The translations under genes and the position numbers were made by a program. Positions 45,114-53,536 of a DNA stretch of 64,000 nucleotides are shown here, piece by piece. Within the stretch, counting starts at the first letter, position 1. Each line of letters opens with the position of its first letter. The notes beneath the pieces were generated by a model. The model did not search any database, was not told the origin of the DNA, and worked only from the letters and a program-made list of their open reading frames with translations. The DNA comes from a virus: the IMG/VR virus record IMGVR_UViG_3300025671_000038. One strand, written 5' to 3'.

Positions 45114-45295
45114 TTATTTTGCTTTAGTGTTATACTAAGGGCTTCGTTCAGCATCTTCTGTGTTACCTTAATCTCCTCTACAACGTCTAGTATATTAATA
45201 CCCCTGTTCTTAGAGATTGCTAGATCCTCCATGTCGTTAACTACTGAGGTTAATTTGGAATCAGCCCCCTGGATTAATGATTTTAACTGTTTCAT
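45110..45295 (-). CDS. hypothetical coiled-coil protein
   Basis: 61 aa, overlaps clpP start. Confidence 0.6.
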   Translation of the reverse strand: MKQLKSLIQGADSKLTSVVNDMEDLAISKNRGINILDVVEEIKVTQKMLNEALSITLKQNK

Positions 45296-45322
45296 ATTAA
45301 GTACTTTTTGTCTAACTTACTA

Positions 45323-45354
45323 CAAAAATACCTGAAACAGACGTTTTGAAAAAA
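45323..45354 (-). promoter_or_regulatory. Bacteroidota-type sigma70 promoter for the clpP unit
   Basis: T6 tract, 18 nt, TATTTTTG. Confidence 0.6.
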
Positions 45355-45364
45355 TTTTTTGAGA

Positions 45365-45688
45365 TTAAATCAGTGAAGTATTTACAGATCTATTCGCTAC
45401 TCCATTAACCCCGGATATACCTGAATAAAGTGTAGCAACACTCTTAATCGTGCTATCCCACGGAGAGTAATTCTCAAAAAATCTCTTCATGGGAGTGAAT
45501 GAAGTAACCTGTGCCTTATCCATATTACGGGATACTCCGCATCTTATCCTACCCCTTCCGTGGTCAGGATGGTCAAGGTCCACATATATTACCCCTCTCC
45601 CGTCCAATCCCCATCTGATATTGGAGCAGCAAACCTGGGTTCCCCCAGATTCTTCAAAGAATTCCTTTAGCTTGTCAACTAGATTCAT
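45365..45688 (-). CDS. hypothetical protein
   Basis: 107-aa ORF coupled to trxA. Confidence 0.6.
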   Translation of the reverse strand: MNLVDKLKEFFEESGGTQVCCSNIRWGLDGRGVIYVDLDHPDHGRGRIRCGVSRNMDKAQVTSFTPMKRFFENYSPWDSTIKSVATLYSGISGVNGVANRSVNTSLI

Positions 45689-45987
45689 GGAAGATTAGAG
45701 TCTATTATATCTTGGAGCTGACTCTTCTGTTTAAGACCTATTGCTCTTTGGACCTCTTCATCACCTTTGAAAAATACAACCGTAGGTATATTTCTCACAT
45801 TGAATTGTTTTGAAAGGTCCTGTGATTCGTCAACATTTACCTTGATTAATTTTACTCTAGGATTTTCTTCTTCCACGGAGTCCAGTATTGGACCCATCAT
45901 TTTACAAGGCCCACACCAGGGAGCCCAAAAATCAACCATAGTTAGGTCGGAACCTTCCATTTCTTTAATCAGCTCTAAAGCATTCAT
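45685..45987 (-). CDS. trxA: thioredoxin
   Basis: VDFWAPWCGPC, cis-Pro loop NIPT. Confidence 0.96.
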   Translation of the reverse strand: MNALELIKEMEGSDLTMVDFWAPWCGPCKMMGPILDSVEEENPRVKLIKVNVDESQDLSKQFNVRNIPTVVFFKGDEEVQRAIGLKQKSQLQDIIDSNLP

Positions 45988-46070
45988 ATCTTTGGGTTTT
46001 TAATTTTCCAGATTTTAAGCATACTTATTAGACCTAAGTCAGGGTAATATTTCGACCAAGTCTTCAACAT

Positions 46071-46391
46071 TTACCCCATGATAGTTTGGACCATATCCGG
46101 TTGTGTCCTGTAAATGATTTGAGGATTCGGAGCCATTATGACAGATATACCATCAGAAAGATCCTGTAAACCCGAGATATAATCCTTAACTGCATCTTTC
46201 AAGGATGGATCCAATGAAAGCTGGCTCATAACATCATTAACTATCTCATCCAATGAGTTATTAAACTCCTCCGGATCATGGAATTTGAAGTACTTCTCAT
46301 ACTTCCTTACGAAATTCTTAATCATCTCCTGCTGGGGCAGGGATAAAGATAGGTTGGACATAAAGTCGTCAAATTCAAAAATTCTCCTCAT
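46071..46391 (-). CDS. hypothetical protein, possible internal virion protein
   Basis: MRRIFEFDDF N-terminus; GATAAATA at 46416-46423. Confidence 0.65.
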   Translation of the reverse strand: MRRIFEFDDFMSNLSLSLPQQEMIKNFVRKYEKYFKFHDPEEFNNSLDEIVNDVMSQLSLDPSLKDAVKDYISGLQDLSDGISVIMAPNPQIIYRTQPDMVQTIMG

Positions 46392-46493
46392 TACATTAAA
46401 GTAGCATGCTTTATCTATTTATCCTACACTGAAACAAAAAAGGACATCAGTTCTATATTAATATATAGTGATATACATTAACACTAGAACAAT

Positions 46494-46817
46494 ATGACTG
46501 AAGAAGAAACGCCAGACGTACAAATTGAGGATACCCTTGATCTAGAGGGAATCGAAGAAGAAGGTATGGAGGAATCTCCAGTAAACCAAGAATTCCCCGA
46601 AGAAAGGGATGAAACGCAAAGTCAAGACTTCCAGGAGGATCCTCCGGCAGCAGACGGAGATTTTAATGAAGCCCCCTCTGATGTAAATTCACAAATGGAA
46701 TTACCAGACGATCAGGTAAACCCCGAACAGTCATATCAAGATCTTACACAACAAGAAACCTCACCAAGCCCAGGTAGGGTGATGAGGTTTGAGGATTTTA
46801 TAAAAAATCAGTCCTGA
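46494..46817 (+). CDS. highly acidic disordered protein ending VMRFEDFIKNQS
   Basis: 107 aa E/D/Q/P-rich; AATATATA upstream; converges on the RHH gene. Confidence 0.7.
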   Translation: MTEEETPDVQIEDTLDLEGIEEEGMEESPVNQEFPEERDETQSQDFQEDPPAADGDFNEAPSDVNSQMELPDDQVNPEQSYQDLTQQETSPSPGRVMRFEDFIKNQS

Positions 46818-46997
46818 TCAATCGCCAGAACCAGACCTTCCAAGGTCCCTCCTAATCAATCTTCTCACATAGTGTGATATTGATTCGGGGGGTTCACCTT
46901 TTGTTAAAGCTTTTTTAGATATCTTCTTGCTTAACTCCTCTAGGTCTTCACTAGACAGTAGAACCTGGATTTTTTCAGTTTTTTCTTCTTTAGCCAT
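46818..46997 (-). CDS. ribbon-helix-helix DNA-binding protein (59 aa, not in ORF track)
   Basis: Translated by hand: MAKEEKTEKIQVLLSSEDLEELSKKISKKALTKGEPPESISHYVRRLIRRDLGRSGSGD; GATATATA at 47023-47030. Confidence 0.72.
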   Translation of the reverse strand: MAKEEKTEKIQVLLSSEDLEELSKKISKKALTKGEPPESISHYVRRLIRRDLGRSGSGD

Positions 46998-47039
46998 TGC
47001 TGATCAGTTTTTTTCTCGTAATTATATATCTAATAAGTT

Positions 47040-48518
47040 CTAGCTATCCGAGCTAAACTCTATCCCACCGTGACGTTTCCCCTTTGCTTTGAGCGGTGCG
47101 TATTCAGACATCGGCTCAGATATTACAAATGCTTTATGCGGATTTACCATAACTCCAAGTCTTTTCATAAGCTTCCTGTTGATTAAAAGCGGAGTAGATT
47201 TGGATATTCTATCGGTAGGAGCAATTCTTACATTAGGGATCTTTACATCATTGAAAACTAGATCAACCTCTATTATAGGTCTCTCGATGGTTTCACGGCC
47301 AACCTCGGTATTGGTGTAACCAACTATCTTATTCTCAAGCTCCACATCACCTATCTTCCAAAGGAGCTTATCGCCCTCTACACTAATTTCATCCGCGTGT
47401 ATGGAGCTCGCAGTAGAACCATTTCCGGTATCGAACTTGGCTACAAATTTTCCTATCTGTGGAATCTCTACTGTCTCCAAATAACCAACTTCCATCTTCG
47501 TGTATGACCAGTTGTTTTTGTCAACTATAAAATCTATCACATCACCGACGATAGGTTTTCCTATAGCCTCCGATATTCCCTCCGTGCCTGGCGAGGAGTT
47601 AACTTCCAGAACATATGGATTCCCAGATTGAGAATCTATCATAATATCAACACCACACCAGTGACAAGATACTGCATTAGCAGATTCGCAAGCTATCTTC
47701 TCAATCTCCTCAGTTAGCTCATACGCAGAAACGCTACCGCCTAATGAATAATTAGTTCTGAAGTCCTTTTCAACTGCCTCTCTTTTCATAGCGCCAAGAA
47801 TCTCGCAGTTGTCCTTTCCCGGATTCAGAGGATCGAATTTCTTGGTAATAACCTGAACTCTAACATCGAAATTGGAGTCAATCTTTTCTTGCAGCAGTAT
47901 CTCCCCGTCAGGATCAAGCTTTCTTATTGTCTGGTAAACCGACTTAAGTGAAGCATAAGAATCTACTATGGATACTCCTATACCTTGAGTCCCCGATAAT
48001 AGCTTCATGACTACTGGAAATTCTCCTCCTACTTCTTCAAGGGACCTATCCAAAGTCTCTTCTCCGCTTACGAGGGAATATCTAGGAACCGGTATACCGG
48101 CGTCTTCGAGAACCTGCGAAGTTAGGTATTTACTTTCACACACCTCGATGGATTCGAGAGAATTGAGACAAAAGTATCTGGAGTTCTCCAATTCGGACAT
48201 GATCCTCTTGGTGTAGGAATTGGTTATTACCCCTCTCCTTGGTACTACCGCTGTTGTTTCAGGACGTATCAAGATCTCAACTACCTCATCCCCGTTTTCT
48301 TCCCTAAGAAGATGTCCATTATAGACTTTTTCCAGTACACAATTATTAACATTAACTACTCTACACTCTATTCCCCGACTAGAGCATTCTTCGACGAAAG
48401 ATTTAGCAGTTTTACTAGGGGAAGATTGCCCGCTTAAGATAAGGATATCTACTGATTCCCTCTCTTCCGCTTCATTAAGAAAAGATTTATAGCTAAGTGC
48501 CGGGGATATTTTTCCCAT
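47040..48518 (-). CDS. RimK-family ATP-grasp ligase fused to retropepsin-like (RimB-type) aspartic peptidase
   Basis: PVVMKLLSGTQGIGV, LLQEKI, DFRTNYSLGG, GVDIM, VLEVNSSPG; C-terminal AKFDTGNG, R-P, LLINRK. Confidence 0.88.
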   Translation of the reverse strand: MGKISPALSYKSFLNEAEERESVDILILSGQSSPSKTAKSFVEECSSRGIECRVVNVNNCVLEKVYNGHLLREENGDEVVEILIRPETTAVVPRRGVITNSYTKRIMSELENSRYFCLNSLESIEVCESKYLTSQVLEDAGIPVPRYSLVSGEETLDRSLEEVGGEFPVVMKLLSGTQGIGVSIVDSYASLKSVYQTIRKLDPDGEILLQEKIDSNFDVRVQVITKKFDPLNPGKDNCEILGAMKREAVEKDFRTNYSLGGSVSAYELTEEIEKIACESANAVSCHWCGVDIMIDSQSGNPYVLEVNSSPGTEGISEAIGKPIVGDVIDFIVDKNNWSYTKMEVGYLETVEIPQIGKFVAKFDTGNGSTASSIHADEISVEGDKLLWKIGDVELENKIVGYTNTEVGRETIERPIIEVDLVFNDVKIPNVRIAPTDRISKSTPLLINRKLMKRLGVMVNPHKAFVISEPMSEYAPLKAKGKRHGGIEFSSDS

Positions 48519-48597
48519 CTGGATTTTTGTTTTTTGTATATATCATACAATGGACAGGATAGATTTATCCTTCCACACATTCTTCTGAATGAGTGGA

Positions 48598-48876
48598 TCA
48601 ATGATCCATCTTTTCCTGATACAACTCAGAGATGATGTAACTTACCTCTAGTGCTGCCTTTATCTCCATTAGCTTCTCACATTTATCGTATCTCTCCTCG
48701 AGAAGGAAAAAATCCAACATCTCCTGGATACGTTCCAGCTTGTATTTTGGACTTAGACAATCCTCCCGTATAAACTCAAATGTATTAAGTTCTATAACAT
48801 CGAAATTCTGGTACATCGAATCACGATATGATTCGAATTCAGCATCCATGTCCTTATCTAAATAAGTCTCATTCAT
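48598..48876 (-). CDS. small protein with UVR-like (E-x-YD-x-C) motif
   Basis: FFLLEERYDKCEKLMEIK. Confidence 0.65.
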   Translation of the reverse strand: MNETYLDKDMDAEFESYRDSMYQNFDVIELNTFEFIREDCLSPKYKLERIQEMLDFFLLEERYDKCEKLMEIKAALEVSYIISELYQEKMDH

Positions 48877-49051
48877 TTTCTAGACCCTTTTTCTTCTCTA
48901 TCTCCAGAACGTACTCGTTGGATTCTATGGAGCCAATTATAGCATCCGGTCCGTAAAGATACCTCTCTAAAAATTTATCGTCGTCACCCATACTTTCCCG
49001 GATTTTCTGAAGCTCCTCCACCTCCGGCAAAAATCTTTTGTTAAATCCCAT
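48869..49051 (-). CDS. hypothetical protein
   Basis: 60 aa, MGFNKRFLP. Confidence 0.65.
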   Translation of the reverse strand: MGFNKRFLPEVEELQKIRESMGDDDKFLERYLYGPDAIIGSIESNEYVLEIEKKKGLENE

Positions 49052-49052
49052 A

Positions 49053-50198
49053 TTAGAAAAGAGTATTAATCATGAATAAGTTGGGACTTATTGGGTTATG
49101 CCCCATAACCTCTATGAATCTATTAATTGGATCAAGGATGGTTTTTGTAAATTGTTCGTCGAAGTCAATCGGGGGAGCAAATTCGTGTGGAAATGTCCCC
49201 TGTGCATAGGCAAAAACATTATTCTCTTTGATGTTTTTGGTCTTTACGAAATAAAACCTAACCTTCTCTCCACTTCCCAAGAGTGGATACTTATCCTTAA
49301 ACCTTGTTGAATTTAGCAAGTAGTTGTGGTAAGCAGAAGCTCTTACGTGTATCGGACACCCTTTAGCTACTTCCAGAGCCGTGGTGTCATTCAGCACGAA
49401 CTTTTCATAGTTATTAACCATGATCGCAGCTGATATATTTTCAGGTTCCTGTGCCTTAAAATCTTTCTTTATGCTCTTGAGCTCCTGTACAAATTCTCTA
49501 AGTTCAAACTTATTACCTCTGCTGAAAATAAATTTAGTTAGGTAGATGAGCTTCTCCCTTACGAACGAAGGTGTCCCTCCCTTAACCATCTCCACCCCCG
49601 TGGTCTTAATAGAGGTGAGAGGATCCGAGTGAACTCCGTCAGAATAAACTATATTGGTTACGTACTTCTTCTTACCAAGAAATATTCCGTTAATAGAGAG
49701 AGTCTCCATTTCGAAATCTTGGTAGTTGTCAGTACCCCATTTCTCAGCGTAGATGTCAAAACACTTCTTGAGGTAACCGACCAATCTATTTTCGTTTATG
49801 GCTAGTATTAGATCTTTGTCGCTTCCTTCCCAACCCTCACAGGAGGCTACAACCTCCTGAAACGTGACATAATTAGAATCAGTGTCCCCGTAAACTACCA
49901 TTGGCTTGTGGATCTTCTTCACAGAGGTTAAACCCAGCTTATCGTGAAGTTCCTTGTCCTTGTGCCAAAACTCGTGGAAATATTTATGAAGAATCTTCTC
50001 CGAGTGCTTGATTAAACTCTGGCCCTGAAGGGTAACAGCCTCAGCTACTTCGGGATTGAAGCAGACGAACCAGCTGTTACCAATTGCTCCATAGATAGAG
50101 TTCATGGTAAGCTTTATCGCTTGTTCCTCGTTCTTAAGCTCGTTTTTTAGAGCTGTAAGGGTTTCAATCTTCTTTTTTAATTCCTCTGCTTCCGACAT
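49053..50198 (-). CDS. family B DNA polymerase, C-terminal subunit of a split enzyme
   Basis: Motif B KLTMNSIYG, motif C YGDTDS, KKKY, TGVEMVK; no exonuclease domain or motif A. Confidence 0.9.
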   Translation of the reverse strand: MSEAEELKKKIETLTALKNELKNEEQAIKLTMNSIYGAIGNSWFVCFNPEVAEAVTLQGQSLIKHSEKILHKYFHEFWHKDKELHDKLGLTSVKKIHKPMVVYGDTDSNYVTFQEVVASCEGWEGSDKDLILAINENRLVGYLKKCFDIYAEKWGTDNYQDFEMETLSINGIFLGKKKYVTNIVYSDGVHSDPLTSIKTTGVEMVKGGTPSFVREKLIYLTKFIFSRGNKFELREFVQELKSIKKDFKAQEPENISAAIMVNNYEKFVLNDTTALEVAKGCPIHVRASAYHNYLLNSTRFKDKYPLLGSGEKVRFYFVKTKNIKENNVFAYAQGTFPHEFAPPIDFDEQFTKTILDPINRFIEVMGHNPISPNLFMINTLF

Positions 50199-50204
50199 GA
50201 TCTA

Positions 50205-50963
50205 TTATTTCTCTATGATACCGACTGCAGTCGAAGTGTCTGATTGCTCTGAGAAGAAGACAATTCTGTTCTCATGCAGGTAACACCCGCAAGTCTCAGT
50301 ATCTACATAGTTAAGGTGTGATTTATAGATCGATGATTCAGTACTTCCGTCAACTGAGATTTCGTCGGATCCTATGTTCAGCTTATAGTTAAACGAATCC
50401 CCGTTAATCTTCACGCTATTGTCTTCTACCTTGTAGACAAGCAGTTCCTCAGAATTACTCTCAAGACCGCACAAAGCCATAACTGACGAAAAATCCGAAC
50501 TGTAGATTTTAAAGTTGGAGAGGGCGTCTTCTTTCGAGTGAACTATGGAAAGTATATTGTCCTCAACATAGGATATAAGGGAGAGATCCGCACATCTGAT
50601 CTTGATCTGCAGGGAATTCGAAACGACTCGAAGCTGTGTAGCCACACACTCTCCCTCGACTTCAGAAACCTCCAGGTCGAGATGTATATCCTCCTCGGGT
50701 CTGAAATGCTTGAAGCAATCCATGAGTCTTGTGACATCAATTAAACCTATCTTTATTCTATCACAGGTCCCATCCAATTCAGGCATTTCATCAAATACCT
50801 GATCAACATCTACCGCTGAGTATTTCATCACGGACTTGTCGGGGGTGTGGACCTTACAAAAGAGCTTCTCGCTGTCCAATTCGAGGAGAACACTCTTATC
50901 AACAACCTTCAACTTTTTCAGAAAGGAAATGAGGTTGCTGGTACTGGTTACTCTAATTTGCAT
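50205..50963 (-). CDS. probable sliding clamp (gp45/PCNA-like)
   Basis: 252 aa, two alpha/beta half-repeats, directly upstream of PolB; fold inferred. Confidence 0.6.
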   Translation of the reverse strand: MQIRVTSTSNLISFLKKLKVVDKSVLLELDSEKLFCKVHTPDKSVMKYSAVDVDQVFDEMPELDGTCDRIKIGLIDVTRLMDCFKHFRPEEDIHLDLEVSEVEGECVATQLRVVSNSLQIKIRCADLSLISYVEDNILSIVHSKEDALSNFKIYSSDFSSVMALCGLESNSEELLVYKVEDNSVKINGDSFNYKLNIGSDEISVDGSTESSIYKSHLNYVDTETCGCYLHENRIVFFSEQSDTSTAVGIIEK

Positions 50964-51018
50964 CTCTTAATTATTTACACGTTGTATAGCGATTAAGAGA
51001 ATTGTTTTCGATTAACAC

Positions 51019-51047
51019 AAAAAAATCCCGACAAATTGCCGGGATTT
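51019..51047 (-). terminator. intrinsic terminator
   Basis: AAATCCCG-GCAATTTGT-CGGGATTT followed by a T run. Confidence 0.75.
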
Positions 51048-51067
51048 GGATCCTATTATATTTTGGC

Positions 51068-51997
51068 TTATTTCATCCCGGTGGATCTAATCGTATCTAT
51101 GATGACTTGCTTAGTTGCTGGATCCAAGGTCTGAGCCCATTTTCTTATCGATTGGACATCGGTGCGTATTGGGGCTTGGTTACTAGATCCAGATCTACTG
51201 GAAGATTTAGATTTAGCAAGATCTGCGCTAAAAGAAGAAAGCTTCTTCTCTATTTCTGCGAAAGATCTCTTCGCATCGGGGGATTGTATATCAGATTGCA
51301 GATCCTCTATGTTTCCGTCCTCTACTTCATCTTTTTTAAGAAGCTGGAAATCTATCTTCTCCCCGCTAAGTCTAGAATTAAGATCAGTAAATAAGTCAGA
51401 TAGCATCTTATTGAATACCTCAACTTTTTTACCACCAAAAAGTTTAGAGAATGAGTTACCCATTAGCTCCACAAGCATATTGGCCTGTTCCTCTACAACA
51501 GGTTTATAAACAGAATAAGTATCCAGTGCATCAGCTAATCCTTCCATTGCTTCATCATAGGAGGTCTCAGAGGATAGGGTGACGTATTTTTTTAGAAGTA
51601 GTCTTTCGGGAGAACTGAATTCCTCCCATATTTTGGGCCAAGCTTCTTTCCAGAACTGCTGTGGAGTTATATCTTTCACCTCTACAACATCCTGTCCCTC
51701 ATATTTAATTTCTGGTAATACGTAAGGGATCAGTGCGGGAAATATCTTTTTAGCCATCCTATTAAAGGCTACATCAAAGATCTTCTTATGTGCATCCTTT
51801 TCTATGTCTTCTTTCGAAACCTCCCTAATGTTTTCCAACCAGGTATCAACAACATCCATGGCAAGCTCGTATGGCTTTATGGGCTGTTTATTTATCTTGA
51901 TCTCCTTATCCAGAGGGAGTCCTGATTTACCCCAGTCTACCTGAAGTTCCTCGTTGATTGCGGTCAAAAAATAATGGTCGACGTAATCGTTTATCAT
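51068..51997 (-). CDS. hypothetical protein, possible virion protein
   Basis: 309 aa; YFLTAINEE near N-terminus; GATATATA at 52020-52027. Confidence 0.7.
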   Translation of the reverse strand: MINDYVDHYFLTAINEELQVDWGKSGLPLDKEIKINKQPIKPYELAMDVVDTWLENIREVSKEDIEKDAHKKIFDVAFNRMAKKIFPALIPYVLPEIKYEGQDVVEVKDITPQQFWKEAWPKIWEEFSSPERLLLKKYVTLSSETSYDEAMEGLADALDTYSVYKPVVEEQANMLVELMGNSFSKLFGGKKVEVFNKMLSDLFTDLNSRLSGEKIDFQLLKKDEVEDGNIEDLQSDIQSPDAKRSFAEIEKKLSSFSADLAKSKSSSRSGSSNQAPIRTDVQSIRKWAQTLDPATKQVIIDTIRSTGMK

Positions 51998-52018
51998 ATC
52001 GGAGTGATATATTTTGAC

Positions 52019-53428
52019 TTATATATCATCCTCTTCGTCCACTAATTCAAAGATCTCCACATCAGGATCTATCTCCTTCGGGGTTCTAACATTCGATTTG
52101 GGAAGGAGTGAAGCCGCCTTAGTCTTTTTGAGAAGAGCAGTTACCTTTTTAACCACAGTCTCCTGCTTTTTAATTAGGGCTCTAGTTTTCTTAATTTCCC
52201 CCTTGATCCTCTTTATCTCGTTTTCGGTTTCCTTGATGTGATCCGATGAAAGTTTTACTATCTGTATAGCTGATAGTTTTTGTGATATCCACTTTTTGAA
52301 TTTGGACAAGAAATCCAGGATCTCGCTATTTTTCCTTTTCTTCTCGCTCATATAAATGAGGAACTTCAATTTAGCTTCTAGGAATTCCAGATCAAGGTTC
52401 AGATTAACCTCGTCTCTTATTAACCTCTTCAGGCGTACATTTTCAAGGTGAGCCCTGAAGGCATCAAGATATTCTTTCACAGAATCAAACTGAGCCACAA
52501 GTCCATCCTTTATGAAAACGACATCCTCCTTTACTACTATCTTGGTTTGTTTTTTAATTAGCTCAACTGCTGAATCAAAATCCTTAGTTGGGACCTTGTT
52601 TAGATGGACAGTCACATCACATGTACTTTGTGAGTTGTTGTTAACTCTAAATTCCCAGTCGGTAAGATCCAGTTTAGATAGTAGCTTCTTCATGAACGAG
52701 TCGTACCTCATTACCGGAGGCAGATCGAAGATTCTAACCGTCTTTCTGGTTTTATTTACCTCAAATCCGCTTTCTAGGATCCATATATTGTCCTCTGGAC
52801 CTACCTTATAGATCTTACCATTAAAGTCCTTGAAATATGGCTTTAAAAGCTTGTTTTTTCCCTCTAGATACTCCACTATATCTTCCATCTTCCGCGGTAG
52901 GATATTGCTTCTATACCCAACAGCAATTCCCACTACATGGGTGAGAAGTCCTATCGGTATTTCTAGATGTATCCAGTCGTGCCCACCTTCCTCGTTTTTT
53001 TCATTAAGGTCTTCGTGACGCTTAACTATTTCCTTGATGTTACGATTTATTCTAACCGAGGTATATCGGGGAGCTGAAGGGTTAGGGTTAACTGGGGATC
53101 CAAAAAATCCATCACCCTCCAGTATTGTATGCGAGCATCCGAACGGGCGAGCTAGCTTTGATATAGCACCGGCTAAGGAAGAATCACCATGGTGATAAAG
53201 CCCTGTCCTTATTACCTCCCCCACTAGTCCTACCGTCTTGTTAAAGGAGTTTGGAGAATTCTCTATAATTATTCTCTGTACCGGAGTAAGGGAGTCATAG
53301 AAATTAGGTATTCCACGAGCTTGCAAGACGTATAATGCATATTCCCTATACTTCTGATTTATCTGGTCTGTTATGGTTAAAGTAGAACTCAAATCTAATC
53401 TATTTTGTAACTTCTTTACTTTGAGCAA
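52019..53428 (-). CDS. type IIA topoisomerase, DNA-breakage subunit (T4 gp52/GyrA-like)
   Basis: DSLTPVQR, YHHGDSS, GFFGS, SAPRYT (catalytic Tyr), GIAVGY. Confidence 0.9.
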   Translation of the reverse strand: MLKVKKLQNRLDLSSTLTITDQINQKYREYALYVLQARGIPNFYDSLTPVQRIIIENSPNSFNKTVGLVGEVIRTGLYHHGDSSLAGAISKLARPFGCSHTILEGDGFFGSPVNPNPSAPRYTSVRINRNIKEIVKRHEDLNEKNEEGGHDWIHLEIPIGLLTHVVGIAVGYRSNILPRKMEDIVEYLEGKNKLLKPYFKDFNGKIYKVGPEDNIWILESGFEVNKTRKTVRIFDLPPVMRYDSFMKKLLSKLDLTDWEFRVNNNSQSTCDVTVHLNKVPTKDFDSAVELIKKQTKIVVKEDVVFIKDGLVAQFDSVKEYLDAFRAHLENVRLKRLIRDEVNLNLDLEFLEAKLKFLIYMSEKKRKNSEILDFLSKFKKWISQKLSAIQIVKLSSDHIKETENEIKRIKGEIKKTRALIKKQETVVKKVTALLKKTKAASLLPKSNVRTPKEIDPDVEIFELVDEEDDI

Positions 53429-53536
53429 AGGATTTTGTTTCTACAATACACGGACAAAACCCTGCGGAATACTTTCACGGGTAACCCCGACCTGCGAAGA
53501 TCAATTAGAAAAGAGATGTGGACTAATGAAAGAATC

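Noticed and set aside
46997-47002. CAGCAA immediately before the RHH start codon as a fourth element
   Set aside because: No flanking 7-bp stem; likely chance.
49053-50198. PolB as a frameshifted pseudogene
   Set aside because: The upstream sequence is a different intact gene, not an out-of-frame exonuclease half, and motifs B and C are intact.
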